Notes: generated by a model from the letters alone, not told the origin. A stretch of DNA of 64,000 nt from Mangrovibacterium sp. (GCA_047971925.1 JBKEAC010000085.1:10794-74793); one strand, 5' to 3'. Positions 47,112 through 58,072 are shown, counted from the stretch's first letter. Numbers and translations are program-made.

Positions 47112-47141
47112 AAAGACTAGTCCTAAGACTAGTCTTTTTTT
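47112..47141 (+). terminator. Rho-independent terminator after secG
   Basis: Perfect 9-bp stem AGACTAGTC / GACTAGTCT with loop CTAA, followed by TTTTTTT. Confidence 0.8.
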
Positions 47142-47442
47142 GCAACCAACGATAGAGCTAATTGTGCTAATTATTTTTTTAAGACAATTAAAAGCAAATT
47201 CCGAAGTTCATAAATTCCAAAACAAAGTCACGCAATCGATTTAATCACAAACTCCGGTTTTTACGCAGAAATATCTTAAACTGAAACCTGAACTATTTAA
47301 TACAATTTTCGAAATTAAAAGACTAAATTTGAATCAAAAATATGATTAAAACTAATAGGTCATGTGGTGAAAATTTCCAATTCTCAATTAAAAACGAATT
47401 CTCAAGATCATCTTTTACTCTATCATTTAAAAACAAAACATT

Positions 47443-49188
47443 TTGCGCAAAAAAATTCAATTTATATATCATTACACCAGTCAATATAAATGGTGGTATC
47501 TCGGTGGTATCATCGCATTAATCCTCACCATTTGGATTTCAATTCTCATTCCTGAATATATCCAACTCTCAATCGACCTCCTTCACGACAAAAAATTTCA
47601 GCAAACCGATACACTTCGTCAATACATCGGCATTATTATTCTGCTGGCACTTGCAATGATTATCGTTAGATCAATTTCTCGAATACTTCTTTTTATTCCA
47701 GCTCGCCTCATTGAGCGGCAATTGAAAGGAGAAATGTTCCTCAAACTTAGTTCTTTTGGTAAAATTTATTTTGATGAAAACCCAACGGGTACAATCATCT
47801 CGAGAATAAACAATGATATCAACGGCATTCGCATGATTACTGGATTTGGTACTTTGCAGCTGATTAACATTGTTTTCTCCCTATCGCTCACACCCTACAT
47901 GATGTGGAAACTATCTCCAAGCCTAACTATTTATTGCATTGTTCCTGTCATCATCATATTTGCAATTGTTAGAGCAGGTATGAAAATAATGGTAAACCAC
48001 ACCCAACACCAAATGACATCTCTTCAATCATTATCGGCAAAAACCATTTCTTTTCTATCAGGGAATAGCGTAATTAAAAGCTACAATATTTATGATTATG
48101 CCGAAAATGATGTCGAAATAGAAAACATTCGTCTATTTAATCATCAGATGAAAATTTCGTGGATTCGTTCTTTTGTCATGCCTCTGCTAGCCAACATGAG
48201 TCAAATTCTTAAAGTGCTCATTCTTTTTGCTGGTGGAATTTATTGCATTAATGGAGAATTAACCATCGGAGAACTAACTGCCTATATTGCCTATTCAGCC
48301 TTACTCACCCAGCCCATCATGAGCCTTGGTTGGGTGCTCACCATTTTCCAACAAGGAATTGTGGGAATTGAAAGTTTACAAACCATTTTAAACCGAGAGG
48401 GTGAAGATGACCATCGTGCTTCACTTGATGCAAATGTAAAACAAGATTTATTTCAGCACGGAATAAAAATTCAGAATTTATCCTACGCTTTTCCTAATTC
48501 CACTTCGAATACACTTAGCAATATCAGTTTTCAAATAAATCCAGGTGAAATTATTGGCATTACTGGTGAAGTGGGTGCAGGAAAAAGCACTCTTATCAAC
48601 TGCATTAATGGCTATCTTCGCACTGAAAGTGGTATGATTTTGTTTGGCAAGCTCGATGCCAATGAAATAAAATCCGATGATATTAGGCATGTGGTTCGCA
48701 CTGTAAGTCAAGACACCTTCTTATTCTCCGATACAATTGAAAATAACATCATTTTTGGCTCTCAGAAAAACAATAACGCACGAAATCTCGATGATGCCAT
48801 TTATAAATCGGCATTAAAGGACGAAATTCTTCGATTTCAAGCCCACGAAAAAACAATCGTCGGAGAAAAAGGCATCATGCTTTCTGGCGGTCAGAAACAA
48901 CGCCTTAGCTTGGCACGAGCATTATACACCCCTTGCGATCTACTTATTCTTGATGATATTTTCTCAGCTGTTGATACTGCTACTGAACAATTTCTAATCA
49001 CCCAAATTCTAGAAAACAATGTAGCAAAGAGCCTAATCATCGTTTCTAATCGTACTAGTGTACTTCAAAAAACAAATCAAATCATTGTGCTCAACAATGG
49101 AGAAATTAGTGAAAAAGGTAGCCATGAAGAACTACTGCTAAATTCTGCATTCTATCAGCAAATATTGAGACTACAAACCGAACAATAA
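47443..49188 (+). CDS. ABC exporter, fused permease/ATPase (MdlA-like half transporter)
   Basis: 581 aa with a TTG start as in the ORF track. It has a six-helix TMD, then Walker A GEVGAGKST, the signature LSGGQKQR and Walker B LLILDD. Confidence 0.85.
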   Translation: MRKKIQFIYHYTSQYKWWYLGGIIALILTIWISILIPEYIQLSIDLLHDKKFQQTDTLRQYIGIIILLALAMIIVRSISRILLFIPARLIERQLKGEMFLKLSSFGKIYFDENPTGTIISRINNDINGIRMITGFGTLQLINIVFSLSLTPYMMWKLSPSLTIYCIVPVIIIFAIVRAGMKIMVNHTQHQMTSLQSLSAKTISFLSGNSVIKSYNIYDYAENDVEIENIRLFNHQMKISWIRSFVMPLLANMSQILKVLILFAGGIYCINGELTIGELTAYIAYSALLTQPIMSLGWVLTIFQQGIVGIESLQTILNREGEDDHRASLDANVKQDLFQHGIKIQNLSYAFPNSTSNTLSNISFQINPGEIIGITGEVGAGKSTLINCINGYLRTESGMILFGKLDANEIKSDDIRHVVRTVSQDTFLFSDTIENNIIFGSQKNNNARNLDDAIYKSALKDEILRFQAHEKTIVGEKGIMLSGGQKQRLSLARALYTPCDLLILDDIFSAVDTATEQFLITQILENNVAKSLIIVSNRTSVLQKTNQIIVLNNGEISEKGSHEELLLNSAFYQQILRLQTEQ

Positions 49189-50957
49189 TGAACAATACCG
49201 AGATAAAAATTCAGCTCAAAGATTGGCAACTACTTGTGCGGTTTGCCAAATACTTTCGTCCTCACAAAAAATGGCTTAGCTACAGTTTAATTTCAATACC
49301 TATCACTACAGCGGCAAGTGTTCTCTTTCTTTATTTAGTTCAATCAATCATTGACAACTACATTATTGCTGGAAATTTAGAAGGATTAAAATGGCAATCT
49401 CTTGCCTTATTCTTTGTCTTAATTATCAACATTCTTTTCGATGGTACTTATAGCTATTCCTTTGTGAAGGCTGGAGGGCTTACCATTATGGATGTGCGAA
49501 AGAAAATGTTTGCCAAAGCCATTCGATTTCCGTCAAAATATTACGATAAAAACCCTATCGGAATCACTCTTTCACGGCTCACAAGCGATCTAGATGCCAT
49601 TGCTGAATCATTTGCCTCTGGCATACTTGGACTTCTTGCTGATAGTATCAAGACCATTGCTTTAACAATCTATCTTTTCTGCATTAATTGGAAACTAGCT
49701 CTTGCTGCAATCATTCTCCTTCCTGCCATTATGCTGATCATTCAATTCTTACGAAAAAAAATGAGAAAAGCATTCTTTGCTGCTCGTGCAAGTCTTGCCA
49801 AATCGGCTGCCTATTTGCAAGAAGCGCTGTATGGAATTAAAACAATCCAACTTTATGCCGCCAAAGATGAGGTTTTTAAAAAATACGACAAACTTAACAA
49901 GGACTTTAGCGATGCTCAGAATCATTCTAACATCTATGATTCTACACTATACTCAGTTATCGATGGAATCACAACGATTGCTACTGCTCTTGTCATTGCG
50001 TTAGGAGCAATTCTCATTGGAAACCAAAACCTAACCATTGGCATTCTTATCGTTTTTATCACTTCTCTTGAACGCCTTTTTGTCCCAATTCGGCAATTTG
50101 CACAACAGGTTTCTACAATTCAGCGTGCTCTTTCAAGCCTTGACCATCTGAGCGACCTATTCGACACCAAGATTGAAGAAGATGATTCCGTTCTACAAAA
50201 CCAAAAGAATGATAGTCAAGAAATAAACATACAAGAAATAGAATTTAAAAATGTTTACTTTAGATACTCTGATGATGGCGATGATGTTCTTAAAAACATT
50301 TCTTTCAAATTAAATAAAGGCAACCGAATAGCACTCGTGGGAACTACTGGTTCAGGGAAATCAACCATTATTAAGCTTCTTGCTAAAAACTACAACAACT
50401 ATCGAGGTTCTATTAAAATTAACGGACATGAACTAAGCGATCTTTCTATCCATTTAGTCCGAAAGGCCATTTCTGTCATGCAACAAGATATTTTCATGTT
50501 CAACGACACCATTAACTTCAACATTGCATTGGGTAGAGATAATATTTCCACCGATGATGTTAAAGCCGCTGCCGAATTCGTGTGTGCCAATCAATTTATT
50601 GAAAAACTTCCTCAACAATACAACCATCTTATTAAAGACAACGGGACTAATCTATCTAAAGGACAGGCTCAGCTTTTATCATTTGCACGTGCTATTGCGG
50701 GAAAATCCGATTTAATCATCCTCGATGAAGCAACATCATCTGTCGATTCCATCACCGAGCAAGCCATACAGCAAGCTATAGCCAATATTTTCGATAAAAA
50801 AACGGTAATTGCGGTGGCTCACCGACTAAGCACGATTAAAAATTCCGATTTGATACTCGTGCTCGATAAGGGAGAAATCATTGAACAAGGAAATCATCAA
50901 GACTTAATTGACATGCATGGTAAATACGCTCAATTAGTTCAAAAACTCGATTCGTAA
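49188..50957 (+). CDS. ABC exporter, fused permease/ATPase (MdlB-like half transporter)
   Basis: 589 aa. The start overlaps the upstream stop (ATGA). It has Walker A GTTGSGKST, the signature LSKGQAQL and Walker B LIILDEATS. It probably forms a heterodimer with the upstream gene product. Confidence 0.85.
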   Translation: MNNTEIKIQLKDWQLLVRFAKYFRPHKKWLSYSLISIPITTAASVLFLYLVQSIIDNYIIAGNLEGLKWQSLALFFVLIINILFDGTYSYSFVKAGGLTIMDVRKKMFAKAIRFPSKYYDKNPIGITLSRLTSDLDAIAESFASGILGLLADSIKTIALTIYLFCINWKLALAAIILLPAIMLIIQFLRKKMRKAFFAARASLAKSAAYLQEALYGIKTIQLYAAKDEVFKKYDKLNKDFSDAQNHSNIYDSTLYSVIDGITTIATALVIALGAILIGNQNLTIGILIVFITSLERLFVPIRQFAQQVSTIQRALSSLDHLSDLFDTKIEEDDSVLQNQKNDSQEINIQEIEFKNVYFRYSDDGDDVLKNISFKLNKGNRIALVGTTGSGKSTIIKLLAKNYNNYRGSIKINGHELSDLSIHLVRKAISVMQQDIFMFNDTINFNIALGRDNISTDDVKAAAEFVCANQFIEKLPQQYNHLIKDNGTNLSKGQAQLLSFARAIAGKSDLIILDEATSSVDSITEQAIQQAIANIFDKKTVIAVAHRLSTIKNSDLILVLDKGEIIEQGNHQDLIDMHGKYAQLVQKLDS

Positions 50958-51128
50958 GCGCCCTAATTTTTCGAGTTTCTCAACTGAATTACCAAAAATT
51001 TAGCAGACTCCTCCTTGAAGCAGTCTTCACTAAATTCATTTTTGATTTACTAAAAATTTCTGTGCCAACAATTGCCTTTATTATAAGTTTTAAACTATCT
51101 TTACAGAGAATTTAAAAAAACATTCTGT

Positions 51129-51662
51129 ATGGCGATCATAAGACCATTAAACGGGAAAACCCCTATCATAGGCAGCAAATGCTTTATAGCTGAAAATGCA
51201 GCCATCATCGGAGATGTAGAAATTGGAAACGGAAGTAGCGTGTGGTATAGCACCGTACTTCGTGGTGATGTGAACTACATTAAAATAGGTGAGAATACCA
51301 GCATTCAAGATTGTGCAGTTATTCACGGCACTTATCAGAAATCCGCAACAAATATCGGAAACCACGTTATCATTGCCCATGGAGCCATTGTGCACGGAGC
51401 AACTCTTCACGACCATGTGATGGTGGGAATGAATGCCGTTGTTCTCGATGATTGCATTATTCACTCAAACACAATCATTGCCGCTGGCTCGGTAGTTACA
51501 AAAGGAACGGAAGTGGAAGGAAACAGTGTTTATGCAGGAATTCCAGCTAAAAAAATCAAAGACTTAACTCCTGAGCTAGCTCAAAATGAGCTAGAACGAA
51601 TAGCTAAAAACTATGCCACCTATGCCAGTTGGTATGGCGATTATTATAACAACGAAAAATAA
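51129..51662 (+). CDS. Gamma-carbonic-anhydrase-like / hexapeptide-repeat (LbH) protein (YrdA/PaaY family)
   Basis: 177 aa with left-handed beta-helix hexapeptide repeats and conserved VLRGD and His residues. Confidence 0.8.
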   Translation: MAIIRPLNGKTPIIGSKCFIAENAAIIGDVEIGNGSSVWYSTVLRGDVNYIKIGENTSIQDCAVIHGTYQKSATNIGNHVIIAHGAIVHGATLHDHVMVGMNAVVLDDCIIHSNTIIAAGSVVTKGTEVEGNSVYAGIPAKKIKDLTPELAQNELERIAKNYATYASWYGDYYNNEK

Positions 51663-51702
51663 ATCGATTTATCATTACAAAAAATAAAATAACACAAAAC
51701 AA

Positions 51703-52602
51703 ATGAAACCAACTTTATTAATTTTAGCAGCAGGAATGGGCAGCCGATATGGCGGTTTAAAGCAAATTGACCCATTTGGACCAAACGGAGAAGCAATTAT
51801 TGAATATTCCGTGTTCGATGCAATTCGTGCTGGATTTGGAAAAGTAGTTTTTGTCATTCGTGAAAGCTTTGCCGATGAATTTAAAGCAAAATTCAATGGT
51901 AAATTAGAAGGAAAAATCGAAGTAGAATATGTCTATCAAGAACTCAACAAACTACCCGAAGGCTATACATGCCCTGAAGGTCGTGAAAAACCTTGGGGTA
52001 CTGGGCATGCAATTCTAATGGCAAAAGAAGCTATTAAAGAACCTTTTGCATCAATCAATGCCGATGATTTCTACGGAAAAGAAGCCTTTGAAGTAATGGC
52101 TAAATTCCTTGCAAACGATTGCAATGAAGAGCAATATAGCATGATGGGATATTCTCTTAAAAACACACTCTCTGAATATGGTTCGGTGAGCCGTGGAATT
52201 TGCGAAAGCGATGCTAAAAACAACCTCACTGTAATCGTTGAGCGCCATGACATTCGCCGTGAAGCCGATGGCATTGTGTGCGACAATGGTCAAGGTGAAA
52301 AAATTAAGCTAGAAGAAAACTCTCCTGCGTCGATGAACTATTGGGGATTCCATCCTAGCCTATTCAATAAGTTAGAAAAATTATTTAAACAGTTCCTCGA
52401 TACAAACATCAACACTCCAAAATCAGAATTTTACATTCCTAACGTGGTGTTCGATTTAATTAAGAGCAAAGAAGCTGCAACTAAGGTGCTAGAAGCCGAT
52501 TCTCCATGGTTTGGTGTAACATTCCCCGACGACAAGCCATTTGTGGTTGGAAAAATTAAAGACTTAACCGATAAAGGCATATATCCACCTAAATTGTGGT
52601 AA
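51703..52602 (+). CDS. Sugar-phosphate nucleotidyltransferase
   Basis: 299 aa with the N-terminal LAAGMGSRYGGLKQ signature of the NTP-transferase fold. Confidence 0.7.
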   Translation: MKPTLLILAAGMGSRYGGLKQIDPFGPNGEAIIEYSVFDAIRAGFGKVVFVIRESFADEFKAKFNGKLEGKIEVEYVYQELNKLPEGYTCPEGREKPWGTGHAILMAKEAIKEPFASINADDFYGKEAFEVMAKFLANDCNEEQYSMMGYSLKNTLSEYGSVSRGICESDAKNNLTVIVERHDIRREADGIVCDNGQGEKIKLEENSPASMNYWGFHPSLFNKLEKLFKQFLDTNINTPKSEFYIPNVVFDLIKSKEAATKVLEADSPWFGVTFPDDKPFVVGKIKDLTDKGIYPPKLW

Positions 52603-52628
52603 TATCTATCTGTTAAAACATTAATATT

Positions 52629-52663
52629 AACGAGGATGTAATAAAAACATCCTCGTTTTTTTT
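52629..52663 (+). terminator. Rho-independent terminator
   Basis: 10-bp stem AACGAGGATG / CATCCTCGTT with a 9-nt loop, followed by a T-run. Confidence 0.8.
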
Positions 52664-52934
52664 GGTCTATGTCGAATAGGATTGGTAAAAATAATTTGCC
52701 TCTTTAGTTGTTCCTAACTTAGAGAAGGATGTGATTGAAACACGCTTGCAATACACTTGCAACGCACTTACAACAGTCTTCTATCATTTAATCGAAGCTC
52801 GCCACATGCTATTCGTTTTTCAACGGAACGCCCATTTGGTCATTGTTGCATTGCCTTGTAGAATTAACCAAGCAAGCATAATTCGACAATTCACCTACCC
52901 ACTAAATTCAACATATAGCCTTTTTTAAAAAAAC

Positions 52935-53585
52935 TAACCCGTTGGCGGAATTAAATCGATGCATTTTTAATCCGATAAATAATAATTGAGTTTTAAAGGA
53001 ACAAAAATCGTTGCTAAAACACTTCTTATTACATTATAAATTGAAGCTTAACTTAGCTCATGGGGAAAAATGTCGGCAATTAAGTTGACTTAAAGCACCA
53101 CATTAAAAAGTTTATCAACAATTAAGTTGGCTTAAAGCATTACATCAAAAAAATTATCAACAATTAAGTTGGCTTAAAGCACCATTTCAAAAAAAATATG
53201 AACTAATAAGTTTGCTTAAAGCACCATTTCAAAAAGTTTATCGATAATTAAGTTGGCTTAAAGCACCTCATCAAAAAAAATATGGACTAATAAGTTTGCT
53301 TAATTTTGCATTTCAAAAAAAAAATGGACCAATAAGCTTTTTTTTAAACCGTAGTGTTCTAACAAATATAGTCATTGAGCACGTCGGTTGACGATGATTA
53401 AATGATAGATTCAGAAGATATTACACAATCTTCCTGATGGTGATGCATTGCTATGTATCTTTAACAGCCTCCTCAATTTAATAATTAATTTTAAGAAGTT
53501 CCCAAAATACCAATGAAACACGAAAACGCATAACTCATTCTTCTTTAAAATTGCAAATAATTAATTCCGCCGACAAGTTAACTAC
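52935..53585 (+). repeat. Modular non-coding repeat element, copy 2, with about 20-bp terminal inverted repeats
   Basis: The left end TAACCCGTTGGCGGAATTAA matches the reverse complement of the right end, TAACTTGTCGGCGGAATTAA. The left module is homologous to copy 1. Confidence 0.85.
53055..53346 (+). repeat. Tandem array of seven 42-bp units
   Basis: Unit consensus is GCACCATTTC-A(5-9)-(G)TTTATCAACAA or TATGGACTAA-TAAGTTTGCTTAAA. The units are more diverged from each other than in copy 1. Confidence 0.9.
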
Positions 53586-53633
53586 AAAATCTCTACACGT
53601 TTTTTTTCATTTTCATTGAAGTAAATCTTATTT

Positions 53634-55559
53634 TTGCATTCTAATATTCAACTAAAACAACAATCTCTTTTTAAAAAATCTATTTGCAAGAAAATAAACC
53701 CAATCATTTTGAAATCATTCCCCTTCTACATATGGTTTTTTCTACTACTCTTTCCATTCTGTGGAAGCAGTCAGAGTTTATTGCAAGACACCCTTCCCTC
53801 TGCCACAAAATACAACAATATATTTTCCGATAGCGCACTTGTAAGAATCAGAAGTAAAAAATTCACGCGCATTATTTACGAAGGAATAGCTGCAGAACGT
53901 GGCGATCCGAATGTTAGAGAAAAAGCTCGTCAAAATCAGTATGCTAATCTTTATCGTTTACAAGGAAAAACAATTGGGAAAATCAGAATTAATCGACTTG
54001 ATGCATTCGGACCAACCTTGGAAGACACCGCTTTTGTACACCCTAGTTCATTTGTGAAATGGGCAAACAAAATGCATGCCAAATCGAGTGCCGGCACCAT
54101 TGAAAAAAATATTTTTTTAAAAAGTGGCGATGAACTCAATTCGGAAATCGTGCTAGAAAACGAACGCTTAATTCGCCAAATGGAATACATTCGCGATGCA
54201 CGCATACTCGCCGAACTTGATTCTAATGACACCACAAAAGTGAACTTGGTTGTAATTACCAAAGACGTCTTCTCCTATGGAGCCGAAATGCAATTAAAAG
54301 GACTCGAGGATGGCTTTTTCTCTATCTTTAATCAAAATATCTGGGGAATTGGTCACCAATTAGGCGGAGGCATTGTGTGGAACACCCAAGCCAATGATGG
54401 TTTGGGAATAAGAAGTTCCTACACTGCCCGAAATATCAAGGGAACATACACCGACGCCACCGTGGGATTCATTAACAGCTATCGACAAAAAGGAATGGTA
54501 ATTGATGTGCAACGCCCATTTGCCAAAACAAACACCCATTGGGCTGGTGGAACTGAATTTTATAAAATGTGGCGTACAAATTCTTATTATGAAACCGAAA
54601 TTGTTACATCCGACACCATACGCTCTCCAGTTAACTACACCGCCTATGACCTCTGGAGTGGATACGCATTCAAATTAGGAAATAAACAAATTTCAAGCAG
54701 CCCCTATTTAGTGCTCGCTGCCCGATATCGGAATGTCGATTTTATCTCTCGTCCAAAAGCTGGCGAAGATGGCAAACAATATTTTGCTGATTCCAAACTG
54801 TACATGCTTAGCCTCAGTCTTTCCAAACGACAATACATTCGCGATAACCACATTTATAGCTATGGTATCACCGAAGACATTCCCAAAGGTTTCCTACACG
54901 AATTTGTGTTTGGTCATGACGATAACGAATTCAACCAACGTCTTTATGGTCACCTATTTATTTCGAGTGGAAATCTCATCCAAATGAAACCAACTTATCT
55001 CTATTTATCGGCAGGATTTGGAAGTTTTTTCAACAAAACAGGGATTGAACAAGGTGAATTGCAATTAAATTTCAACCTCATTTCTCGACAATTTAAAATA
55101 GGCAATCAAATTGCCCGACAATTCATTTCTGCCAAATATGTGCATGGCTACAATCGTTTTAACCAAGAATACTTAGAACTCGACGATAACGATGGCATTA
55201 GAGGATTTGAAAGCAATCTTACTTTTGGCAAAAAAAAGTTCTATATTAACACCGAAACTCTCTATTTTTTAAACAAAAAATTCTGGGGATTCAACATGGC
55301 ATTTTTTAATTTTTTCGACATTGGAGTGCTTGCTCATCAAGACGAAAGTATTTTTAAAGGAAGGTGGTATTCTGGATTTGGTGCTGGCATTCGCTTCAAA
55401 AACGAGAGCTTAGTGTTCGATACAATTCAATTGCGCTTTGCTTTCTATCCTGGATCTCCATCTGACCAAACTTTATTTGGTGTTCAAGGCGGATATCTAC
55501 GCCGAGAAATACCCTATGACTTCCAAGCTCGTAAACCAATCAACTTAGAATATCGCTAA
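53634..55559 (+). CDS. Putative outer-membrane protein (Omp85/BamA-like beta-barrel; tentative)
   Basis: 641-aa ORF. The start is uncertain: the TTG at 53634 overlaps a TATTTTTG -7-like box, and the in-frame TTG at 53709 gives MKSFPFYIWFFLLLFPF. The C-terminal half has a beta-strand pattern and Gly/aromatic-rich segments (WYSGFGAGIRF). Confidence 0.5.
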   Translation: MHSNIQLKQQSLFKKSICKKINPIILKSFPFYIWFFLLLFPFCGSSQSLLQDTLPSATKYNNIFSDSALVRIRSKKFTRIIYEGIAAERGDPNVREKARQNQYANLYRLQGKTIGKIRINRLDAFGPTLEDTAFVHPSSFVKWANKMHAKSSAGTIEKNIFLKSGDELNSEIVLENERLIRQMEYIRDARILAELDSNDTTKVNLVVITKDVFSYGAEMQLKGLEDGFFSIFNQNIWGIGHQLGGGIVWNTQANDGLGIRSSYTARNIKGTYTDATVGFINSYRQKGMVIDVQRPFAKTNTHWAGGTEFYKMWRTNSYYETEIVTSDTIRSPVNYTAYDLWSGYAFKLGNKQISSSPYLVLAARYRNVDFISRPKAGEDGKQYFADSKLYMLSLSLSKRQYIRDNHIYSYGITEDIPKGFLHEFVFGHDDNEFNQRLYGHLFISSGNLIQMKPTYLYLSAGFGSFFNKTGIEQGELQLNFNLISRQFKIGNQIARQFISAKYVHGYNRFNQEYLELDDNDGIRGFESNLTFGKKKFYINTETLYFLNKKFWGFNMAFFNFFDIGVLAHQDESIFKGRWYSGFGAGIRFKNESLVFDTIQLRFAFYPGSPSDQTLFGVQGGYLRREIPYDFQARKPINLEYR

Positions 55560-55875
55560 AACACCTCTCATTACACTGCTCCCAAAGCATAACTTGAGAA
55601 ATAGACATTCTTCTTTTTTTTGGTGTTGACGGAATGAGAGTGCTGAAAAAAATACCGCCCCTAAAAAAATCCCTTGCAAGCAAGCACATGAGCAATTGAA
55701 GAGGCACAAAGACAAAATAAGTAGGGTGCAAAATAAAAATCAAAAAAAAGAAGTTCTGTAATTCTAAGTATGTTATGTGAGAAAGGAAAGCAAAATAAAC
55801 CAAGTAAGTAATACTTTATTTGCCAATCTCATCTTCTTTTTATAAATTCGAGCTTTATTTAAAAATTAAACGCAA

Positions 55876-58008
55876 ATGAAAAAGCTCATCTCCCTCTTTC
55901 TCCTACTCAGTCTAACTCATTTCACATCTTTCTCTCAAAAGCAAATGAGTTTAAATGATGCTATTTTAGGACGAGGATCATATCTATATCCTAAAATGCT
56001 TAGCCTGGTGGAATGGCAAGACGAAAAACACTATGCTTCCTATGAAAACGACACCACTTGGATAAACACAATTGGCAGCAATAATGCCGAAGTTCTACTC
56101 GATTCAACAAGCATTGCTCAAGCATGCCAAAACTATGGCAAAGCTTACCAAAAAATGCTCCTTTCAAATTTCATCGACTCAAACAATGCCCTCTTAAAAG
56201 GTGCAAACAGCTATGTAGTGTATCATTTAAAAACGAAAAATATCACACATTGGATTGAGTTGCCTCAAGGTGCAGAAAACGATGATTTTTGTTCAGCTAA
56301 CAACACCATTGCCTACACCATCGGTCAAAATCTTTTCATTGAAAACATTGCCGAACAAACTCAAATAAGCCACGAAACAACTCCAGGAATTATTGTTGGA
56401 CAAAGCGTTCATCGACATGAATTTGGCATTAACAAAGGAACTTTCTGGTCGCCTTCAGGAAAATATTTAGCCTTTTATCGCCAAGATGAAAGCATGGTTC
56501 ATGAGTATCCTTTGACTAACTTCATGAGCAGAATTGCAGAAAACACACCCATTCGATATCCGATGGCGGGAGAGGCTAGTCATGAGGTAACTATTGGGAT
56601 ATACAACACCGAGAACAAGCAAATTACTTACTTACAAACTGGAAAACCAGACGATCACTACCTGACAAACATTAGTTGGAGCCCCGATGAAAAATCGATT
56701 TATGTGGCAGAACTAAATAGAGAACAAAACCACATGCACCTTAATCAATTTGAGGTAACTAAAGGGGAAAAGTTAGCAACTATCTTAGAAGAACAACGAG
56801 ACACTTATGTAGAACCTCAATATCCGATTTCATTTTTGAACAACGACAACAATCGATTCATCTACATGAGTCGTGCTGACGGTTTCTTTCATCTCTACCT
56901 CTACTCTACCGATGGAAAACTAATCAAACAACTCACAAAAGGAAATTGGGAAGTTACCGAATTTTACGGTATCGATGCACAAAACAAATATGCCTACTTT
57001 CAAGCTGCCAATGAAAATGGTTTAAATAGAAACACATTTCGAGTGAACTTGACAAATGGCTCTAGCCAACAGCTCGATGCAGAAGATGGCTATCATCAAG
57101 CTAACTTCTCACCTAAATTCACCCATTTTGTCAGCTCGTGGTCGGCACACAATGTACCTGGTCAAACCGATATCATCACCTCATCGGGAAAACACATTAG
57201 CACGATAGCCAAAGCAAAAAACACGCTTTCCGATTATGAGCTTGGAGAAACCAAACTCCTAACAATTAAGGCTGCCGACGGAACTACTGATCTGAATGCA
57301 ATTATCACACTTCCAAATAATTTCGATCCTGCAAAGAAATATCCCGCAATCATTTATGTATATGGTGGACCACATGCACAAATGATTAACAATTCATGGA
57401 ACTATGGAGCGCAGTGGTGGTATTATTACATGGCATCGAAAGGTTACATCATGCTCACCGTTGATAATCGAGGTTCAGCCTATCGAGGACAGGCTTTTGA
57501 GGAAGTTATTCATCGCCAATTAGGCATAGAAGAAACAAAAGACCAAATGGAAGGCTTGAAGTACTTGCAAAGTTTGGACTATGTTGACACGAAAAGAATT
57601 GGAGTCCATGGTTGGAGTTTCGGTGGTTTCATGACTACCAATCTCATGCTTCGCCATCCCGAACAATTTAAAGTTGGTGTGGCTGGTGGAGCTGTTGTAG
57701 ATTGGGCACTTTATGAAATTATGTATGGCGAACGATATATGGATACTCCAAAAGAAAATCCTGAAGGTTATGAAGAAACAAACATGCTAAATCACATTGA
57801 TAAGCTTAGCGGAAATTTACTCTACATTCATGGTGCGCAAGATGATGTGGTTGTTCCTCAACACAGCATGCAATTTCTTCGCGAATGTATTAAGCAAAAC
57901 AAATCAATCGACTTCTTCACCTATCCTACACACCCCCACAATGTGCGCGGGAAAGATCGAGTTCACTTGATGAATAAAGTTAGTCAATATTTTTTCGATA
58001 AACTCTAA
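55876..58008 (+). CDS. S9B-family serine peptidase, dipeptidyl-peptidase IV-like
   Basis: 710 aa with a signal peptide, an N-terminal beta-propeller region and a C-terminal alpha/beta hydrolase domain. The nucleophile motif is GWSFGG, with downstream Asp and His (HGAQDD..; HPH). Confidence 0.88.
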   Translation: MKKLISLFLLLSLTHFTSFSQKQMSLNDAILGRGSYLYPKMLSLVEWQDEKHYASYENDTTWINTIGSNNAEVLLDSTSIAQACQNYGKAYQKMLLSNFIDSNNALLKGANSYVVYHLKTKNITHWIELPQGAENDDFCSANNTIAYTIGQNLFIENIAEQTQISHETTPGIIVGQSVHRHEFGINKGTFWSPSGKYLAFYRQDESMVHEYPLTNFMSRIAENTPIRYPMAGEASHEVTIGIYNTENKQITYLQTGKPDDHYLTNISWSPDEKSIYVAELNREQNHMHLNQFEVTKGEKLATILEEQRDTYVEPQYPISFLNNDNNRFIYMSRADGFFHLYLYSTDGKLIKQLTKGNWEVTEFYGIDAQNKYAYFQAANENGLNRNTFRVNLTNGSSQQLDAEDGYHQANFSPKFTHFVSSWSAHNVPGQTDIITSSGKHISTIAKAKNTLSDYELGETKLLTIKAADGTTDLNAIITLPNNFDPAKKYPAIIYVYGGPHAQMINNSWNYGAQWWYYYMASKGYIMLTVDNRGSAYRGQAFEEVIHRQLGIEETKDQMEGLKYLQSLDYVDTKRIGVHGWSFGGFMTTNLMLRHPEQFKVGVAGGAVVDWALYEIMYGERYMDTPKENPEGYEETNMLNHIDKLSGNLLYIHGAQDDVVVPQHSMQFLRECIKQNKSIDFFTYPTHPHNVRGKDRVHLMNKVSQYFFDKL

Positions 58009-58040
58009 TAGTTTAATCCAAACAGCGAAATTATGAACAA

Positions 58041-58072
58041 AAAGAGCATTCCGAGTTATCGGAATGCTCTTT
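58041..58072 (+). terminator. Stem-loop after the peptidase gene
   Basis: Perfect 12-bp stem AGAGCATTCCGA / TCGGAATGCTCT with loop GTTA. The T-run is short (TT), so terminator strength is uncertain. Confidence 0.55.

Noticed and set aside
52731-52928. 65-aa ORF just upstream of element copy 2
   Set aside because: It has a GTG start, no homology to anything recognisable and no counterpart upstream of copy 1. The region is somewhat less AT-rich and could hold an RNA or a gene remnant, but I could not support any call.
53100-53260. Replication-origin (oriC) interpretation: TTATCAACA motifs are one mismatch from the DnaA box TTATCCACA and sit next to A-rich tracts
   Set aside because: The element is present twice within 25 kb. 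The DnaA-box-like motif is absent from copy 1 units, which have TATCACCCA or TATGGACAA instead. There is no dnaA, dnaN or gidA context. The resemblance is probably incidental.
55540-55803. 87-aa minus-strand ORF in the 53634-gene/DPP-IV intergenic region
   Set aside because: It overlaps the 3' end of the upstream gene, is a hydrophobic low-complexity peptide with no recognisable features, and the region more plausibly holds the DPP-IV promoter.
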